Assembly: GCA_965649765.1 (NCBI GenBank) | Contig: OZ287757.1 | Location: forward strand, 53,754,001-53,818,000 | Length of the DNA: 64,000 bases | Reading direction: 5' to 3' | DNA from: Bispira polyomma | Lineage: Eukaryota | In this document: one piece after another, positions 12,001 to 27,000 of the stretch | How positions within the stretch are numbered: position 1 is the first letter of the stretch | Layout of the letters: each line of letters begins with the position of its first letter | Translations under genes and position numbers: made by a program | The notes under the pieces: generated by a model | What the model saw: only the letters and a program-made list of their open reading frames with translations | The model's database searches: none | What the model was told of the DNA's origin: nothing

Positions 12001-15000
12001 TGATTAAGTATCTCAATAGTTAAAATTTGAATGAATTATAATCAATTACTGGTCGATCAATAGTTAGAAAATTAGATCAATTAACTGACCCTGGGGAAAA
12101 AATATAACAGACCAATATTCCCCACACTAATGTCAATATATGTTTTAAAAGTACCACTTGTGCTGGATATATACAGTAGAGTCTCTATGAGTCAAACTTC
12201 TATTTTCCAATTATTCTATTTCATGAATCCATTTTTTCACTCTTTTATGTTACACTGCATGGCATGTACAGTAGACTTTCTATTATCATACAAATGTGTA
12301 CTATCTAAAGATTTTATTTGATGAATTTTAAATCCACTCTCCCCAAATTTTTGTTATCCTATTATTTTACACTAAAAATGGCTATGATCTATTTTATGAA
12401 AATTCCATTATCCAAACAAACTCCGACTCTCCCAACATGTTTGGATAATAGAGGCTGTACTGCATATATTTCTATATACCTCCCTCCTTTCTCCTGGGGT
12501 CGTCACTACATTACAGATGTGTAGTCATAGCAATACAGTATATTAAACATCATATTAAAAATACAGCTAAGTACAACATATATGTATTTATATAATGTAT
12601 ACAAAACAAAGTTTAAACTTAAAGTAAGGAGGATCACTATTTTGTGAAAGTGCGCAGTGATCAAACTAGACAAAATGGTTCAAAGTTAAGTTCCTTGGGA
12701 TATGCTTACCCATTAAGAAGCAATTTCTCTTAATCTTAGTTCCACATGTCTTTTCCTGTGGCGCAAAAAAAATTTTGAGCAAAATTTTGGAGCAAAAGAA
12801 ACAAAAAAGTGGCTTTTTCATATTTCAAAAAATTATATGGCTTAAAAGCTATTGAATAAGCCTTGGGTTACCTTAGTAACCACTTGATCAAGATCCAGTA
12901 TTAAATAATACGAAGTTACAGAAAACCACGAAAGAATGTCCAAATAATTTGAAATATTGCATGCTTTAAACTCTACAGATGAAAAGACCCAAATTGGTAA
13001 TTTAATTAATCAAGAAATTGATTGGCCAAGGAAGGATGACGCTTGTTGTTTTTTTCCAAACAAACTTACCACTTAACTTAAAGGGTGTCAACAAAACACG
13101 GCATAAATGAAACATTCTGTGATACAGTAGAACCTCTATTATACAAACGTTCCATTATATGAATATTTAAACTACATCTCACAAACTTCCATAACGCGAA
13201 TATTTAACCTACATCTCACAAACTTCTATGATGCGAATATTTAACCTACATCTCACAAACTTCTATGATGCGAATATTTGACGTACATCTCACAAACTTC
13301 TATGATGCAAATAGTTAACCTACATCTCACAAACATCTATGATGTGAATATTTAACCGACATCCTATGAATATCCATGAATAGCTTTATTATGGGACTAT
13401 TTAAATAAACTACATCACATAAACTTCTACAACTGCGAAGATTCGGTCAGAGCTCGATGCATCAGTCAACTGTGTCCAATATAACATTGAGTCCAGGATT
13501 TGCGACTCAATTATATACATTTTACTCCGTATTGGCTGAATTTAAATATGCTTTTTGATGCAGCGACTTTGCGACCAATAATTGGTTCAAATGGCAAACA
13601 GTGTCAAGGAGCTTTACAAACTTCTGTTGTCTAATAATATCAATCACTCAGTGCATATATCATATAACAGAGGTGCTACTGTATTGGAAACACATACAAA
13701 CCCATGGTCCAAACTGGTGGTTTTTTACACACAAAAATGTCTTTATGTAAGTAGCAGTACTGTGTTTGGCACTGAAAACCTCCCTGTTGTCATCACGTAA
13801 TAATACTGTACCCAAATGCTACTGAGTGCCTTTGTGTAATTAGCAGTACCATGTTCCTCACTGAAAACCTCCCTGTTATCATCACGTAATAATACTGTAC
13901 CCAAATGCTACTGAGTGCCTTTGTGTAATTAGCAGTACCATGTTCCTCACTGGAAACATCACTTTTATCATCACGTAATAATACTGTACCCAATGCTACT
14001 GAGTGTCTCCTATAGTCAAACAACCTTTTACACGGGAATACTTTTCAAAACCGAGACCTTTTTTATTCTCAAATATTCAGCCCATATTTTCACAATTATA
14101 GTGTTTAAAAAACTCTTCAGCGTTTGGAATTGGGAGAAATGCTTTTCAATGATTTTTGAAACCGTCTTCATCCACTTGGAGTAGTCAATGACCAAAAAAT
14201 ACAATCTCTTTTCCTTTCAATGATGCATTATGAAATACTTTATCAAATTTTGTGTTTTATATAAGAAAGATCTCCGTTAATATTCCGTCCACTTGGATAT
14301 GTGATACTGTTACCCACTCTGATGAACAGTAGTGAAACTTGTACACATGACCACACTCAAAGTAATTGCTTACTAGTAGACTGAGTATTCATTTGCATTT
14401 CTAGATATTGTAAACACCAGAAATAACTTGGCTCTACTGCAACTTATAAAGTGGCTTGCTACTGCTGGGATTCAATCTTGGGTTGTCATGGATCTTGGGA
14501 TTTATAGTCCAGTACACTAACAGTTGAGTTAAAGGGGAAAGCCTAGAAGCCTAAGTGTTTAATGTGCTGATATATACATGAATATTACAATATCAGGCCA
14601 ATAAATTTACGGAAAACATATTGATCAATATTGATATATCTATTCCTCAACCTTCCCTCAGATATATGTACCGACTGATAATGACTCTTGATTGAAGTAA
14701 ATTTTGTTTCTCGTTTGCGATTAGGTATATTCATGACTGTAAACAAAACCAACGCTTCTTGCTATGCTCCAAATGAAATTCTACTACTAAAAATACAATC
14801 ATGTATTTGAATGAAAACTTTCACAACCTTCCAGAAACTTGCCCAAATTTAGAGTGACAGAATCAGTTGAGGTTTAAATAAAATGGTCGTCCCTTCTAAT
14901 GAATATAAAACAGCTTTTCCCCATCCTTGAGTGTGGTCGCGAGACACAAGTCTGACTAAGTTATCATGTAAAATCAACATTTACACGATATATAAGAATA

Positions 15001-18000
15001 TCAGACATAACAATCTTTGACTTTGAATACCAGACCTTCACAAAATGATTTGTTCTGAGTTTGGTGTCATCTCAGAGGTTCGTCTGCGTGCAAAAAACAC
15101 CACACTTTGTTCTATATTTAAATTTGTATTGTTTTGTTCAGATGCAATCACTTAAATCTATAATTTAAGTGGCCTTTTATTTGATTTTTTTCAAGTATGT
15201 GCGTCATTTTCAGAATTTGTTCACGTTTGCCATAAAGAATATATATTTTGTTTTGTTTTAAAAAAAAATGTTTCAAACTGAAGCTTTTTCTCAAGCTTTT
15301 TATCAAAGGTACTACATACTCACCCAGCGCTTCACAACGAGAGAGATTCCTTGTTTGACCGTTTTATACCTACGCTGTGTTTTCCCAACCAGAATAAGAC
15401 AACTTCTCTGCAAGTCTTGTAGGATATGGATTAGTACATTTATACAGGCAAATACTTTGACATATTAAACCAATCCACGAGTTCTCTATTAGTTTGAATT
15501 TGAATTGGGATATTTAACATCCACCCTAGTACCTGTTTAGGTTATATTGGGACGGGTAGTTGGAAACACTGCATACAGTTGATCAAGGTTCTGCACTGAA
15601 ACCAGCGGATCACAGTAAGGAACTACCACCTTTCCCACATAGGCATCGACGGGAGTCGAACTCGCGCTGCCCAGAGGTGAGAGACCAGTGATTGTAAAGG
15701 GCAATGCTTGCTAACCACTAGGCCACTGCGGCCCCCCAGTTCTCTTATCAGTATCCACCTGTAAAACCTTCATTTGGGTTCACACTCTAAACATGGCTTC
15801 AAGTCAACCTAGTCAAGTATGACAGATGTGAGTTTTACCTTTGAACAGTTCAATCAATCATCCCAACAAAAACAGAGGGAAATGGACAGGGCCAGGGCCA
15901 CATGACTATGTGCTTTACAAGCGTAACAATCTAGAATATGGTAACCCGATAAGTGATTTTACCAAAATATTATTAGAAACATCAAATACCCTTTTCAATG
16001 CAAGTATGTGTAATTACTTTTATTCTAAACTTCTAAAGCGTTTATTTGTGTTATAAAAGCCGATTCTAATCCACCACATAGGTCATGTGACTAAAAATGA
16101 TGGGAATAAATATTACCTTTAGTTTAGACAGTATTCAGTCACCTTTGGAAATTAATGGTTGCAGGTTATTTACAAGTCTTGCACTAGTGCAGTTACCTTA
16201 TTTTTATATTTACCTCATTCCCACTGGTACATGAATACATTTACCCATCCCCACCAGTACATTAATACATTTACCCCATCTCCCCCAGCACATTAATTCA
16301 TTTACCCCATCCCCACCAGTACTTTCATATATTTAATATATTAAACCAATCTTGAGTTTTTAACCAGTGTCCCATAAGACCTTCATTTGGGTTACACACT
16401 AAAAGGCTTTAAGTCAACTTAGTCAAGTACGTATACATTACATTTACGTCAAGATTTACCTCTTTCCCACAAGAGTGTTACCTTTATTGTTATCTATATT
16501 TACCTCATACCCTCTACAAATAGTCCACATTTGACTACTTAAACCACTTATCGCCACACACCCTCAAGTTACTTACTCATTATTATGGCCCTAATTTTCT
16601 AACCTAACCTAATTTTTAACATATTATCAAATCTAAAGGACCACCTATATATTTTTTTTTTTAGATTCCCCCCCCCCCCCCGCCGCAAAGTATACATACA
16701 ATTCTACGATAAGAGTATCGGTTATTTTTACCATAACAAAGAGGTACGGTGAATTCAAAAACAAAACAAGTGTCACCACCTACATTGTTTGATGATGCCC
16801 TCTAGACGTTCCCTGAACCTCAGCTTCGTCTCCTCATACTCCATATTGTACATCTCCTTCTCGTTGCTAAGGCGACGCACGTGCCCGTTCACACTCTGGA
16901 TCATGCTGTAGAAGAGGTTGCTGCTGCGCCGGTTACAGTCCCCACGTTCCATCCACGTCACCAGGGTCTCGGCCGACTTTAAAAAGCTATCGTCTCCGGG
17001 GTAAGACGCATCGGCTGTAGAGCGAGAGACAAGCATTGTCTATAGTGATATTGAAATAGTATTCATTTTTATTATCAACACTCGCTGGAGCAAGTTTTTA
17101 CCAATTATCGCCCACGTTTGCTGACCAAGTGGAAAAAAAAACAAACTTGGCACCAGAGGATAGAGGGGAATACGAAATACTAAATGATCCCTGATACCCT
17201 GATACCGAGGCTTTGTCAATGGTAGCCGTTCTATCACCACAATACAGCAGCAGAACACTTGATGTACCTCCCCCCCTCCCCAATGCTTTTTAAGCCTGCC
17301 TAACAGGAGCTGACCCTGATGGTCTCAGAGGTGTGTGTTTGGTGGTGGGCTGAGCCTATCTCTCCCCCCTCCCCCCCCTCGGTGGGCGGAGCCTATCTTC
17401 ACCCCTCCCCCTTCGGTGGGGGGAGCCTATCTTCCCCCCACTCACCTTTATGCCTGTCTAACATAAGCTACCCTCATGGTAAGAAAAGCATATCTTCCCC
17501 TCTCCTCCCTTGAGCCTGTCAAACATGAGCTGACCCTCATGGTCTAAGAAGTGAGTGATTAGTGGTTTGACTGGGTGGCAGAACCTATCTCCCCCTCCTC
17601 TCCTCCTCTCACTCACCTATAAGCCTGTCTAACATGAGGTTTCCATCATGGTCAGAGAAGTGCGTGATTGGCAGTTGGGCTGGTTGGGACAGAGCCTAAC
17701 TCCCCCCACCCACTCACCCTTTCTTGACTTACCTTTAAGCCTGTCTAACATGAGCTGTCCCTCATGGTCTGAGAAGTGTGTGATTGGTGGTGGGCTAGGT
17801 GGGCGGAGCCTAGCCTCCTCCACCCTCTGGCGGTGCCTCATCTCCCTGGCTAGGGCCCTCTGGTTACACTCCCACTCATACAGGTCGTCTTTAGCCTGGG
17901 CGTAATCCACGTGTAAGCGGCCTGTGTTTGGCTTGTCATCTTTGTTCTCAATCTTTAACCTGTAGCCTGAAAGGAAATACCAGAAGCTACAGCACTGCAA

Positions 18001-21000
18001 CACAAGTAGCACAGGAGAGCCTCTATTATCTGAATATGTTGGGCGAGAAAAATATTGTCTGGATAATAGAAGGTTCTTTAAATAGAAAAGAGAGTTTTGT
18101 ACAACCCAACAGAATAACAAAATTGGGAGACTAAGAAGGAGTTTATATTTGGATAATAGAAGGTTAGATAATAGAGGTTCTACTGTAGAAAGGCTATTGC
18201 GAATACACAAATATGCAGTCAAAGATTTGTTGGCCGTTATTCTATTTGGTGTTTGACACCGGCTTTCTTACTGACCACGGCCAGTAACAGACTTAATAGA
18301 CTTTCTCACTGACCTGACACCATTAGAGCTTTCTTACTGACCTAAAATTATTAGGATTTTCTTACTGACCTGAAACTATTAGTTCTTTCTTACTGACCCG
18401 ACCCCATTACGTAGAGTTGCGACCGATGCCAAAAATTAGAACCGATGAGCAAAACGGACATTTCGGTGGTTTTGCGGTTTACCGATCCGAAAAAACGTAA
18501 CATTATTTATTTATCTTTAAACTTTCTAAAACCATGCAATGCTTTTGTTATCGATTGTTTTGCCCAAAATTCATAATATTAGTGTTTGTAACACTCAATA
18601 TTTGATAATTCAAGCCTAAAACTTCTCAAACATTCACCTCAGGTACACAAATACACTGAATATCAAACAGCCAATCAAATTGCAGGACAGGTAAAGGTTT
18701 TAGCATCATCCATTTACGTCACTTTGTGTATGGCCTAAAAAACGAAGAATTAGTGTGTTTTTGCGAGTTATTATAGGTCATTTTACTATAAAAACATTGT
18801 CAGTGGTTGTTTGTTAATTTTTAATCGGTTTCCAGTTTTTATACTTTGTAACCGTTTGTTTACTTGATTATGGCTAACAAAACGGTAACTTTCATACTGG
18901 TTTACCGTTCCATCCTCTACCATTACGGTTTTCTCACTGACCTGACACCATTAGATCTTCCTAACTGACCTGACACCATTAGATCTTTCTTACTGACCTG
19001 ACACCATTAGCTCTTTCTCACTGACCTGACACCATTAGGGCTTTCTCACTGACCTGACACCATTAGGACTTTCTCACTGACCTGACACCATTAGAGCTTT
19101 CTTACTGACCTGACACCATTAGGGCTTTCTTACTGACCTGACACCATAAGTCCTTTCTCACTGACCTGACACCATTAGTGCTTTCTCACTGACCTGACAC
19201 CATTAGAGCTTTCTTACTGACCTGACACCATTAGATCTTTCTTATTGACCTGACACCATTAGTGCTTTCTCACTGACCTAAAACGATTACGGTTTTCTTA
19301 CTGACCTGAAACTATTAGAGCTTTCTCACTGACCTGACACATTAGAACTTTCTTACTGACCTGACACCATTAGATCTTCCTAGCTCACCCGACACCATTA
19401 GATATTCCTAACTCACCTGACACCATTAGATCTTTCTCACTGACCTGACACCATTAATTCTTTCTCACTGACCTGACACCATTAGAGCTTTCTGACTGAC
19501 CTGACCCCATTAGGGCTTTCCTACTGACCTGACACCATTAGATCTTTCTTACTGACCTGACACCATTAGAGCTTTCTCCACAGCGATTTCTTCCGTGAAT
19601 CTGAGATGGGCAAAATTCTTCTTGCTGAGCCTGATGCTGATGATGTTTCCGCACTTCTCAAACATCTCCGTCAACACCTCCTCAGTTACTGTCTCTGGCA
19701 ATCCTCCCACAAAGATAGTCTTACAGCCAGGTGGGCGCTCTCTGGTGGTGGGGGGAGGGGCGTCTGTAAAAGATAGGACAGGAACGTCAAAGAGCTGCAG
19801 TTTGTTTAAATTTTCCTTAGTTTATTAAAAACCAACTGACAACCAGTTATTAAACGGTTTAAAAAAATTAGAACGATCTTTGACCATAACAAAATTTACA
19901 GATCATTCAATATGTTGACCTTATGCCATAAAATTTCTAGAATGATTAGGGAAGGCGTCATCAATATTGAAATGATGATCATTCAAATGAGACGTAATTC
20001 CTACTGCCGGATGTTTTACTCGGTTTAAAGAAAATGGCTACTCAGTTCTGACAAAATAGATCTGCACTGAATTTATAGGCAGAAGTACATACATTTATGT
20101 ATATATAGTTTGCATTTAACCATTTTAATCAAACCTCCCCCCCCCACCCCCCCCCTTTAATTTGTACTCGAGTGTCAGTGCTACTCTCAGAGCCGTACAT
20201 TTTACTCAGCAACTTGCAGCAGTCCTAATACACAAGATGCAGTAATCCTTATAAGGTTTTCCCTCAGGTTCCAAACTTCCAGTCACCTCACCTTCAATTC
20301 ATAAATTAATGAAATCCATAACTCATTTCAATCACAGTTTCTCTGACAATGCACCAAAACTATGGAACAGTCTGCCGCAAAGAAATTTGTGCTGCTCCTC
20401 CCTTGTCATCCTTTACAAGCAAATTCAAGACATACTTTTTAACTGAGGCTTTACCTCCCCTAGTTACATATTCATTCCGGCGTCTCCTGGAATACGATCT
20501 CCCACCGAAAATGTGACGCTACGCGACTTGAATATGATCATGATATAATATATGCGCCTTATAATCCACCTTAAAGCGGAGATGCTGGACAAATGCTACA
20601 AAAGTTTAATTAGATTGGATTAGATAATACATCATAAAAGAATATACCCACTGTTTGAAGGTGGGTAGAGCGTCGTTTCATTGGCAAGTTTGATGGGTTG
20701 CCGGGGCATGGAGGGATCGACCAGACCCCCAGGGATTCCCATCATGCCCATACCCATGCCCATGGGCCCTGCCCAGGCCCCGTGACCACCCATCATCATA
20801 GCCGTGGGATCACCGGCCATCATTGGAGGCCCACCCATCATGGGCGTGCCCCACTGGCCCATCATCTGCATGTGCTGGCCTTGACCCCCGCTGACACCAC
20901 CCCCGCCAGTCATGCTTTGCATCATGTTTCCATTCCTGTAATCCTCGTCCTTGGACTCCAAATCCATATCTGTCAATAAGAAAACACATTTTTTTATGAC

Positions 21001-24000
21001 ATGAAATAAGACACCTGTTATAGCGTACTTATACAACACAGACTTGAGGATGACACCATTTATCAACGTCCACCAAGGATCATTAATCTGACACTTGAGA
21101 TAGTACTTAGTGGCAGATGACCACCATTAAAACTAGGTGTCAGTGCCGGGAGTTGAGCCAAGGACCTTCCGATCATCAGACCTTAACCACTAGACCACGA
21201 GGGAATGTGTATTATGAAACTTTTTGTTATTTAGAACTAGGTATAATCACGGCTGAAAAACCCGAATTTAAGTCGCCATATATTGTTTGTATTCAGGGGA
21301 GTAGCCAGGATTTTTCATTTGCTACTCCCCAATTGAACCAAAATTATATGTTGGTTTTTGTCCTACCAAAAATTCAATTCATGGGGGGTGGGTGCATTCC
21401 ATCTGTCATAAATTTTTCTTTTTCTATTTGGTTTATTATCAACATAGATTCATGTTAATAAATTTTTATTTTTTTTTACGCCTGGGCGTACTGGCGCTAA
21501 TGGTGGCTACGCCCCTAGTATTGAATCCAAATAATCATTTAAAATTTAAAAATTAGGGTTACCTTACCATTTTCTGGTTTTTGCGATAAAACAGGAAGTC
21601 TGTCATTTTAATTATGATAATCTTTCATGTCTGTGTTTTATGTTGGGATGAAAAAGACACAAATATTGTCTCAACCTGTACTACTTTGTTATTATTTTAT
21701 CAATGCATAAGTTGTCTTAAATAATATATGTTTGGGTCACACATCGATATGGACGCACGGACAAGAATCTCACTCTTGATATCGATAAATAATTGTCCCG
21801 TTGGTTTATAGGTTAGTGGAGCATACTGAATGTAGAATGTCTGAAGCTAACCAAAATTATTGCCGGTTTAAGTTCCAGATGAGTAATGAGTATCTTTACT
21901 TTTCAACCTCAATTTTTATTATAGTTTGACCACAAGTCGGAGGCTTAAGACGATTCATCGACCAATTCACAAGACAGCATATTGTAAAATTATAAAGAAG
22001 CTTGCTACTGCTAGTATTTAAACAATGGCTCTTGCGGATCTTGTCGCATGCACCAACAGTTGAGCTAAAGGAGAAACCCTGGAAGCCTGAGTGTTTAAAG
22101 ATATACACAGATATTACATGCCTCTCACTTATAAAGACCTGACCTCAGGTCTTATACTACTACCACAATAAGTCTACTAACTTACTTGGCTTATGAGAGA
22201 GGGTTCTTTCCACTGATCTCCACCATGCAAACAACGAAAATACTTAGCTCTGCTGTATATATATATAGTCACACTTCCTGTTATTGATCACTTTCTATTA
22301 TCGATTAACAACAAAATAACCGGTTTATACTAGGTCATGTGACCGCAATTTAGCGCTAATCATTTGGCATTTCGAAATAAAAACAAAACTTCAATAATCT
22401 CCAACAAAAATTAAGAAAATAGGAGGTAAAAAAAGATATTAACTTATTAAAATACATTTTATATATTATTCCGCTTACGTGATCGATAATTGGAGGTACG
22501 AGGATATAAACTTGCTACTGCTGGGATTCGATCCTGGGTTATCACTGTATACAACAAAAGTGCCACTTACCCACTTTATTCTTGTTGTCCATATCTGGGT
22601 GCATCTGTCCATCTGACCTGTCCATAGGTATATTGGGCATACTCATAGCCATGGGAGGTTTGCCTGTCAACACAAACCCAAAACTCATTCTTTGGACAAT
22701 ACCTGTCAGGCTTTTAATTTTTGTTTACCAATTTTCTAAGCACCTGCCTGGAAAAAAGTGTTTTACACACAGTGTGCCATACGGCAACTCTCACACTTAC
22801 AATTGATAGCAAAAAAGTATCATGGATCAGTAGTACGGTAGTGGGTAAATTGTTTATTGTAATTTTTGTTGTTGACAACACCTATTATACTATTTCAGTT
22901 CGGGAAAGAGCAGAATTCGGGAACGTTGCAGAATTTAGGAACTGTCCCTGAATTCTGCAACCCTAAAGTTCCTGAATTCGGAAACGTTTCCAAATTCAGG
23001 AACCTTATAAAATTCATGTTTCAAAAACAATTTCAAGTATTATTGTCACTATTTTAAATGAAACAGTGGTTAATTTAGCCACTATTTCTGGATATAATTT
23101 TGATTTTTGAATTTCTCCACAAATTTTTGGTGAACTGTAACTTACTAATATAACGCAAAGATGGTTTTTTTTAAGCAACACAAAAGTTTTTCATTTAATA
23201 ATGTATATTTAGATAACAGTTATCATAAATTGCCAATTTGTTTTGTTAACTGCCTAAGGTAAAATATTCTCAAAGTTCCCGAATTCAAGAAGTTCAGGGT
23301 TGCAGATTTTGGAAACAGTTTCCGAATTCTTTGACGTTCCCAAATTTTGCTCTTTCCAGAAGTGATTTGTTTAGTTTTAATATCACTTTCATCACAGCTT
23401 GTGTCGTACCACGACGGACAGTTCACTGGTAGAGGAAATCTGAGCAAGGTTAGTTGATGAAGGTTTGCTGCTCTCTGCAAAACCACTGGCCAGATCAGCA
23501 AGCTTACTTATACCAACTTTTTCAGAAGTAAATTGTTTGAAAAGTTTAAGAATACATACAGTTGTACAAACAAAAATTCAGACATCTCACTAATAGTTCC
23601 CATAATATTTATTTTGCAAAGTAGAGAACTCTGGATCACAGTCACTGCCAGAAATCTTGGCGATGAACGAGATCATACGACTTCACAGACAAGTAGCGAG
23701 ACTTGTATGATGTAGACGATGAAGTAAAAAAAGCTGCATGTAAAATCCTATTGTATTACATAATGTGCCTTATTGATGTGAGGAATCTCCTAAAGCGCAA
23801 CAACAGAATCAGTAAGCCAATAGAGAAGTCCAAAAACAAACATAGCTAAGGTTTTAAGAAAGGATGTGGGGGTTTGTACAGCAAGGGAACTACAGAAAGC
23901 TCTTGATCCAGCCCTCTTGGTGGGTCTCACACAGGAAGTCTCTTTCAACTCTTAAGGTTACTAAAGGCAAGGCGAGCATCAAGGTAAAGGGGCTGTTGAG

Positions 24001-27000
24001 AAATAACAGCTTTGAAAGTGGTCACACGGACTTGATAGTGAATAAGAAGCCAATATAATTTTTTGAGGGATGGAGAGACATCAGTACGGATCTCCGGCTG
24101 AAAAATGACTTGACAGAGATACAGTAGACTCTGTGTAACTAGAACCTCCAGTATCCACAGGATTTGGTTCTAGTTATGGCTAACTTCCACTTATACCTAC
24201 AAAAATACAGCATTTTCTGATGTTGGGACCTCAAAACGGGTTCCACTAAAATTTAGGAGAAATAATAACTAATAATAACCCTTTTTGACAGTAAAGTTAT
24301 GAGAGAAACCCCTGTTTGACCAGTTGTGCGCTTTTGTTTTTTAAATCAAACCAACAACCAGTTAGAAAACTTCAAACCCAGTTATTAGTTTCAGCATTAA
24401 ATTACTAATATTGCACCAATCTACACAACGCTTTCAAGATTCAAATGAAAGTATAAACAAACACTCTGTGTTAATTAAATGACCAATCCAACACATTTTT
24501 GTAGTTCATTCTAGAAATTTTATTCTACATATATAAACTAGACCTAGCGCATGTGAAAACCGTTGCATATTTGTAACCACCGGGAACATAAAGCACCCAA
24601 GGTAGGAAGCACTGTAGCTAGCACCCAAGTTAGCAGCCTACGATATACTATAGGGCATTTTTGTTACAGCGAAAATACCACAAGTGGCTTTGACTTTGAA
24701 AACTTGTGGGAGCAATTATAAGTGTGAGATAGGAACTTTCAAGTTTGGCCATCTATTGGACCTAAAAGGAGAGGGCCAAAGTGAAATGTGAGCACATCAA
24801 AAGATTCCCTGCCACATCAAAAGAGTCCTAGTCTATGATTTCCTATAGGTTGGATTCACATGCAAAACCTGTTTGACCAAAAATGAGTTCACTTTTAAGT
24901 TTGGCCATCTCTGTTTAACCTTGAAGAAGAGGCCCAAGATAAAATTTGAACACAGCAAAAGATTCTCACCCTATGATTTCTTATAGCTTGCTTTTAAACC
25001 TTAATAATAAGCAAGATATAGGCACTTTTAAGTTTGACCAAAATTAATCACTTAGGATACTTTGGCACTCTGTCAACGACCTCAAATAAAAAAACTCCAG
25101 GTCAATGTCTGCATGCTCATACAGGCGAATATATACATTAAACATATCACCTGCATGAGATTCAACCTTCTACAGCAGAGAAACAGACACAGTTCGTCAG
25201 TACAAAAAACCTGATTATTTTCAAGAAAACACCCATGGCAGCCATCTTGGAGTTTTTAATGAGGCCAAAATTACTCTCAGGCAAGCTTTTGTAACAAATT
25301 ACCTGTAAAAAGCTATCCCAGGAGAGGGGTAACGGTAAAATCTCTACACACACTGAAGTGGCGGCAGCGTGACGAAGCACTAACCTTTGTTCATATTTAA
25401 CTGCCGAGGTTGATAATGAGAAGCCGAGTTGTTGGTTGGTGTTATAGAGGATGCAGCACTAACCTTTGTTCATGTTGAACTGTAGTGGCTGGTTGTTAGA
25501 AGAGGGGTCCATTCCCCCTGGAGCCCCTGGTGGCGGTGGTGGGGCCATCATTGGCATTTGTGGGCCAATCATTTGTGGACCCATGCCCATATTGTGAACC
25601 ATATTGGGACCCATTGGACCTGAAAGGCAAAACATATGAATAGCCAGATTGCAAGTACATTATAAATTCTCAAAAGAATTATGGTCAGGTGACTCAATTC
25701 TCCTATTTCCCTGCCTATTTCATAGTTTCGTACCGGGTCACCTTCTGGTATTACAAGTTAGGTTCAAATTATGAATCGACAACAAACACATCATGAAAGT
25801 CTATTAGTATATCAAAAGAAAATGGGTATTATATTATGAAAGGCAAGCTATATGGAAAAGGAGTAATAACAATGTGTAAATAACTTTGTTAGAAAATGTA
25901 AATCCATGTTGTAAACAAAGATTGAAAGCCTATGTTAAAAAATCCATGTTGTAAACAAAGATTAAAAGCTTATAAACGATGCTGTAACTGTAAAATAAAA
26001 TCTTTGTTTAAGACCATGTAGCAGAAGCTTCTTTGTTAAAATTGCTATATGACCAGATACATTACTTTAAATATAATGTATGGTTATGTAATTTGCGTGT
26101 AGATGTAAATTAACTGGCAATATGACTTTGTGGAATGACTTTGTGGAAATTGATAAATCGGAACTTTTTTTGTTTGTTTACCATTAACAGTGCTTAATGA
26201 GTCGGGAACTAGACCTATTCGCACCCATGTATATATTCAAAGGTGATAACCAGACATTTAACCACACATATAGAAAACACAATTGATTTACGCTAGGGCT
26301 GCGTCAGTACTGCCGGTATAGTCAGTGCAGAATCAATTTATGTGCCGACCGACTACAAAATTTAACACCAGTATTTCAAAAATGTAGGCTTTTTACTATA
26401 AACGAAAACAAATTTTATGTTTTGAAGCATAAAAATAGGTTTTATGTTGACTGATTAATGAAATTTTAATATTTTTTTAGTACTTTTCAAGTCAAAATGC
26501 ACGTGTTGTTTTGATTTGGTTTGGCATACTTCCTGTTCTAGAGGGTCTATTCGGTTGGCAGTATTTGAGTTTGGTTTTTTTTTGCGGTGTCCCGGAATCG
26601 AAACGTTTTTTAACAAACGGTATCCCGGACATAAATTTTTGTTACCCACCCAGCCCTAATTTACGTCATTCCTGCCTGCATCCATAGAAATGTGGTTTGG
26701 AAGCTTTTTCTACAGATGCGGACAGGAATGACATAAATTAGTTCACTGTATAGCTATCACCGGTAAATATATATACGGATATGTACTACCCAACCAGTAC
26801 TTTCCATCCTATTTGGAGGAAGGAAATCTAAAGCAGGGTATGTATATTGTTTATATATATTTTAATGTTTTTTTATCATGTTTTTTAAAATTTATTAATA
26901 TTAGATATCTATATATCGCTCATAACAACTAAAGAAAGCATATACTTAATTTTCACGATACACAAACAACTGTATTTCTGTCTGTGAAGGAAGCAGATAT

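Noticed and set aside
22186-22252. Possible extra ENOX exon (strong GTAAGT donor on the minus strand at 22185)
   Set aside because: The best acceptor gives an in-frame TAA and the open alternative has a weak acceptor. Not needed for frame continuity, but cannot be excluded without RNA data.
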